From the NCBI RefSeq assembly GCF_009914755.1, contig NC_060931.1: 64,000 nucleotides of DNA; one strand, written 5' to 3'. Below are positions 60,940 through 64,000 of the stretch, piece by piece. Under the pieces are notes generated by a model. It saw only the letters and a program-made list of their open reading frames with translations, did no database searches and had not been told where the DNA came from. Source of the stretch: the human T2T-CHM13v2.0 reference genome, Homo sapiens. The position numbers and the translations under genes were made by a program. The stretch's first letter is position 1; each line of letters opens with the position of its first letter.

Positions 60940-61324
60940 GCCTAGTGATTAAGAAAATGTATTTTGGTGTCAGATTGCCTGGATTCAAATTCCATTTCGG
61001 CCCCCCAGTAGGTGTTCAATAAATGTTAAATGCTATTATTATCATAACAGGGTACTCAGTGTATTCTCAATGGATTTTATTTTTCAAGCACAAAGTCTGG
61101 AATCCCCCAAAGAAGGATTCAAAACAGTGCCTCAATTTCAGTAATGAGCACTATAGGTTAATATTGTCGCTGTATAAATGTGTATCATTGTTGTTTCACA
61201 TTTGCCTATAGGATTAGTATAGAATGAATCCTAGCAACAGCAGGCAACTTTGCTAAACATATCCACTCCCTGATCGGAGGACAAATGCATCCCCCACCCC
61301 CAACACTGTGAGCCCTTCGGCCAA

Positions 61325-61485
61325 ATTTTTAAACCTCACTGAGTTTCATTTTGCCCCTTCTGTAAAATGAAGTTCATAATAATACCTGCCTCATAGGTTT
61401 GCCATGAGAATTAACAAAGATAAGGATAAAACATACACTTAGCCCAGCATCTACACATAATCAGCACTTGATAAATATTAACCAA
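61325..61485 (+). mobile_element. MIR
   Basis: ctgtaaaatgaag...aatacctgcctcatagg...agcacttgataaatatt. Confidence 0.75.
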
Positions 61486-62404
61486 AAGTTTTTTATGGCA
61501 GTTCTGAAAGCCACCACTAGGGCTCAGATATCTGGAATTACCACAAGGGTATTTGTTATTGATACAAAAATAACTCCCTGGGTGAGCCAACTGATGGGAT
61601 TTTGGATGAGAATTACTGAATTATATTTCTGGAATTTTTGTTAGATGCCTGGGTCCTCAGAGGCAACATATACCAATGGTCCGCCTTCACAGACCCCTTT
61701 GGGAGTGTGCCTGTTCTTTGGACGCTGGCTGCACCGGCAGGCACACCAGGTTCCCACGGGCTGAGTCACACACTTGGCAGTTTTGCCGGCTCAATAAACA
61801 TGGCTTTCTCATCTGCCAACTCTGGCGCTGTGATGAGCTCTGGCCACACTTTAAAGTATAGAAGGCTTTGTAGCCTCACCGTGCTCAGAGTACAAAGCCC
61901 TTCTAGCTGTGGACAGCCACAGCTTCTGGAACAAGGATGATGGAATTAGCAGCGAAGACATTAAAATGTTATTTTTAGCAGTGTTCCAAATCATTACGAC
62001 TCCCCACCCCCCGTAATGTCCTCTAAATCCTTCCTGACAGTATATGTTTATTTTTCTTTCCTGAGAATTATTAATTGGTAACCCAACAGTTCAAATATAG
62101 TTTTCAGCTGGTTCCAGAAATTCATTTCTTCATCATAGCACTGTGACCTTCCATCATATGACTGGCCACTATCTACTTTGTGGTTGAGTCATTGTTGTTC
62201 AACAGCGCTACAAACATGTATTGAACTCCACCCATTTACCAAACACTGCACGTGGATATGAGGGTGGGCCACATCTGGGCCGGGCCCCGGGAGCCAGGTC
62301 TTGGGTGACATGGAGACAAATAGACAAATGCACAAATAAACAGCCGCAGTCAGTGGAGCATGTGCAGGGGAGGGTGGGGGACAGGGCACTCGGCAAGGGC
62401 ACCT

Positions 62405-62660
62405 GAGGCTGGCTCATTTTAGCATCAGGTTTCATTTCTAATGTCACCTCTGCCGAGATGTGCTCCCGCCCATCGTATTTGCAATAACCCCCTTGTCCCT
62501 GCACTCTGTCACATGGGCACATTTTATTTTTTTCACAGCATTTATCATTATTCAAACGTTTTATTGATTTGTTCACTTGTACATCACGTATCACCCCTAC
62601 TGAGTAGACACCCAGTGAGCATTTGCTGAATGATCGGTGGAGTCTCTAAATGAATGAATG
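62405..62660 (+). mobile_element. L2 3' fragment
   Basis: aatgtcacctctgccgag...ttcacagcatttatca...tttgctgaatga...tgaatgaatgaa. Confidence 0.65.
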
Positions 62661-63389
62661 AACTACACACTCAGTAGATGTCAAATTAAATCATTATTCT
62701 AAATCACAAAGGCAATTTGGGGGGAAAGGTTAAAAATGGCTAATGTGATATATGTAATTACTGTCTCCAACGTATCAGAATTTTTCCATGAAAATATTGA
62801 TCAGGGGTCTTCTATGACTACAGAGGAAAGTGGAGTTAAATTAACAAGAAGAAATTTTGAGGCATGGCCCTACATATTAGAAACATACATCTGAGTAAAG
62901 ACTTCAGTTCTATAGACTTTGGGAAAAAGTGACCACATTATCCTTTTGGATGGTCGATCCCTTCACCTGCCTGAAGGCAGAAGGCTCAACCAAGTATAGG
63001 AGTCTATGAGGCCAGCAGAGAGTAGCCAGCCAGCCAAACCCCAAGGATGCCTCCAAGACCTGCAATCACATAGAGATACAGGTGTGTAGAACATATTTAT
63101 TTGTAAATGCATATAAATACATGGACATATTTTAATATATTTACATATATGTACATACACCCACAAAAACAGAGAGTATAAATATTGGAGGCAGTTTAGC
63201 CAGTCCCACTGGAGCCACTGGGACCCCTGACAGGTAGCTCTCTCCTCTGTCCCAGTGTTCAGGTGCTCCTGCCATGACACACTCTGGAACATTCTTGCTA
63301 CTAATAAACAGTGAGTTCATTAGCTGGCAAAAGTGCCATGTACATTTGGAGCATTATTGCAGAGTTGGGCCACTGTTCCATGTTTCCGG

Positions 63390-63760
63390 AGATTTATTCA
63401 CCCAGGAAACATATACAGAGTCTCTATTGTGTGCCAGGCCTAGGCATGCAGAGAACTTGGACTAATGATGGAGACAGACAAGCAAATAACTGGCTGTGGT
63501 GCAGGATTGTACTGCTGAAGTCTGCCCAAGGAGTTAGGGGAGCAATATATATATTGCTTATATATAGAGGGAGGGTTTATATAGATACATATGCCTGGGG
63601 GTCTGGGGAGGCTGCTTGAAGCAGGTTCCATCAGCTAGAATTTGAAGGCTAAATCAGAGCTTCCTGGATGCAGAGTAGGAAGGGAGGGTACAGGAAGTGA
63701 GGGTGGCGCGCCAGGCAGAAGGAACAGCATGTGCAAAGGCAAGGAGAGGAAAACCAGCCC
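63390..63760 (-). mobile_element. L2 fragment
   Basis: tattgtgtgccaggcc...ccaggcagaaggaacagcatgtgcaaaggc. Confidence 0.65.
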
Positions 63761-64000
63761 AGGTCACAAAGCATGGAGGCGATGGGGGGCCCGACACGGG
63801 GCTGCAGAAGCATCTTGGGGCTGCATCAGCAGAAACCTTGTGTTTTAAGCCAGGAAGTTTGAACAGGGTCCCGAGAGTTAAGGGGTATCTGAGGAACTGC
63901 CGCAGATCTGCCTTTTAGAAAGACCTGCAGACCTTTGGCTGCTGTGACAAGGCACTGAATGGGAGGAGACCTCAGGCTTTTAGCAATAGTTCTGGCCAAT

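Overview
This is primate genomic DNA (most likely human, judged from the Alu, L1PA, MST/THE1 and MER content). It has no intact protein-coding gene, RNA gene or CRISPR array, and the ORF track is almost entirely repeat-derived or chance. Much of the window is interspersed repeat: about 14 Alu/FLAM elements, a full-length but disabled L1PA6/7-type LINE-1 (~52928-59140), older L1M/L2/MIR fragments, a complete two-LTR MST MaLR element nested in MLT1D, solo LTRs (MER50, MLT1, MST, THE1D, LTR16/33-like) and DNA transposons (MER20, MER46A, MER1B, MER5A, MER119-like). There are two old processed pseudogenes, both on the minus strand. The UBE2S retrocopy (~11660-12290) carries about 7 small deletions, including the catalytic Cys and the C-terminal tail. 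The near-complete MARK2 retrocopy (~41830-43891) sits downstream of what looks like a newly acquired 5' intron. The best leads for something undescribed are (i) a chain of minus-strand splice signals with two ~95-nt mini-introns and a poly(A) signal in largely repeat-free DNA at ~400-3660 (a lost gene or lncRNA 3' end), (ii) the possibly once-expressed MARK2 retrogene architecture, (iii) a cluster of hairpins at ~17005-17305 next to an orphan CpG-rich element, and (iv) several datable local templated duplications. Repeat subfamily names and parent-gene alignments come from recalled consensus sequences, not from database searches. Boundaries without a target-site duplication (TSD) are approximate.
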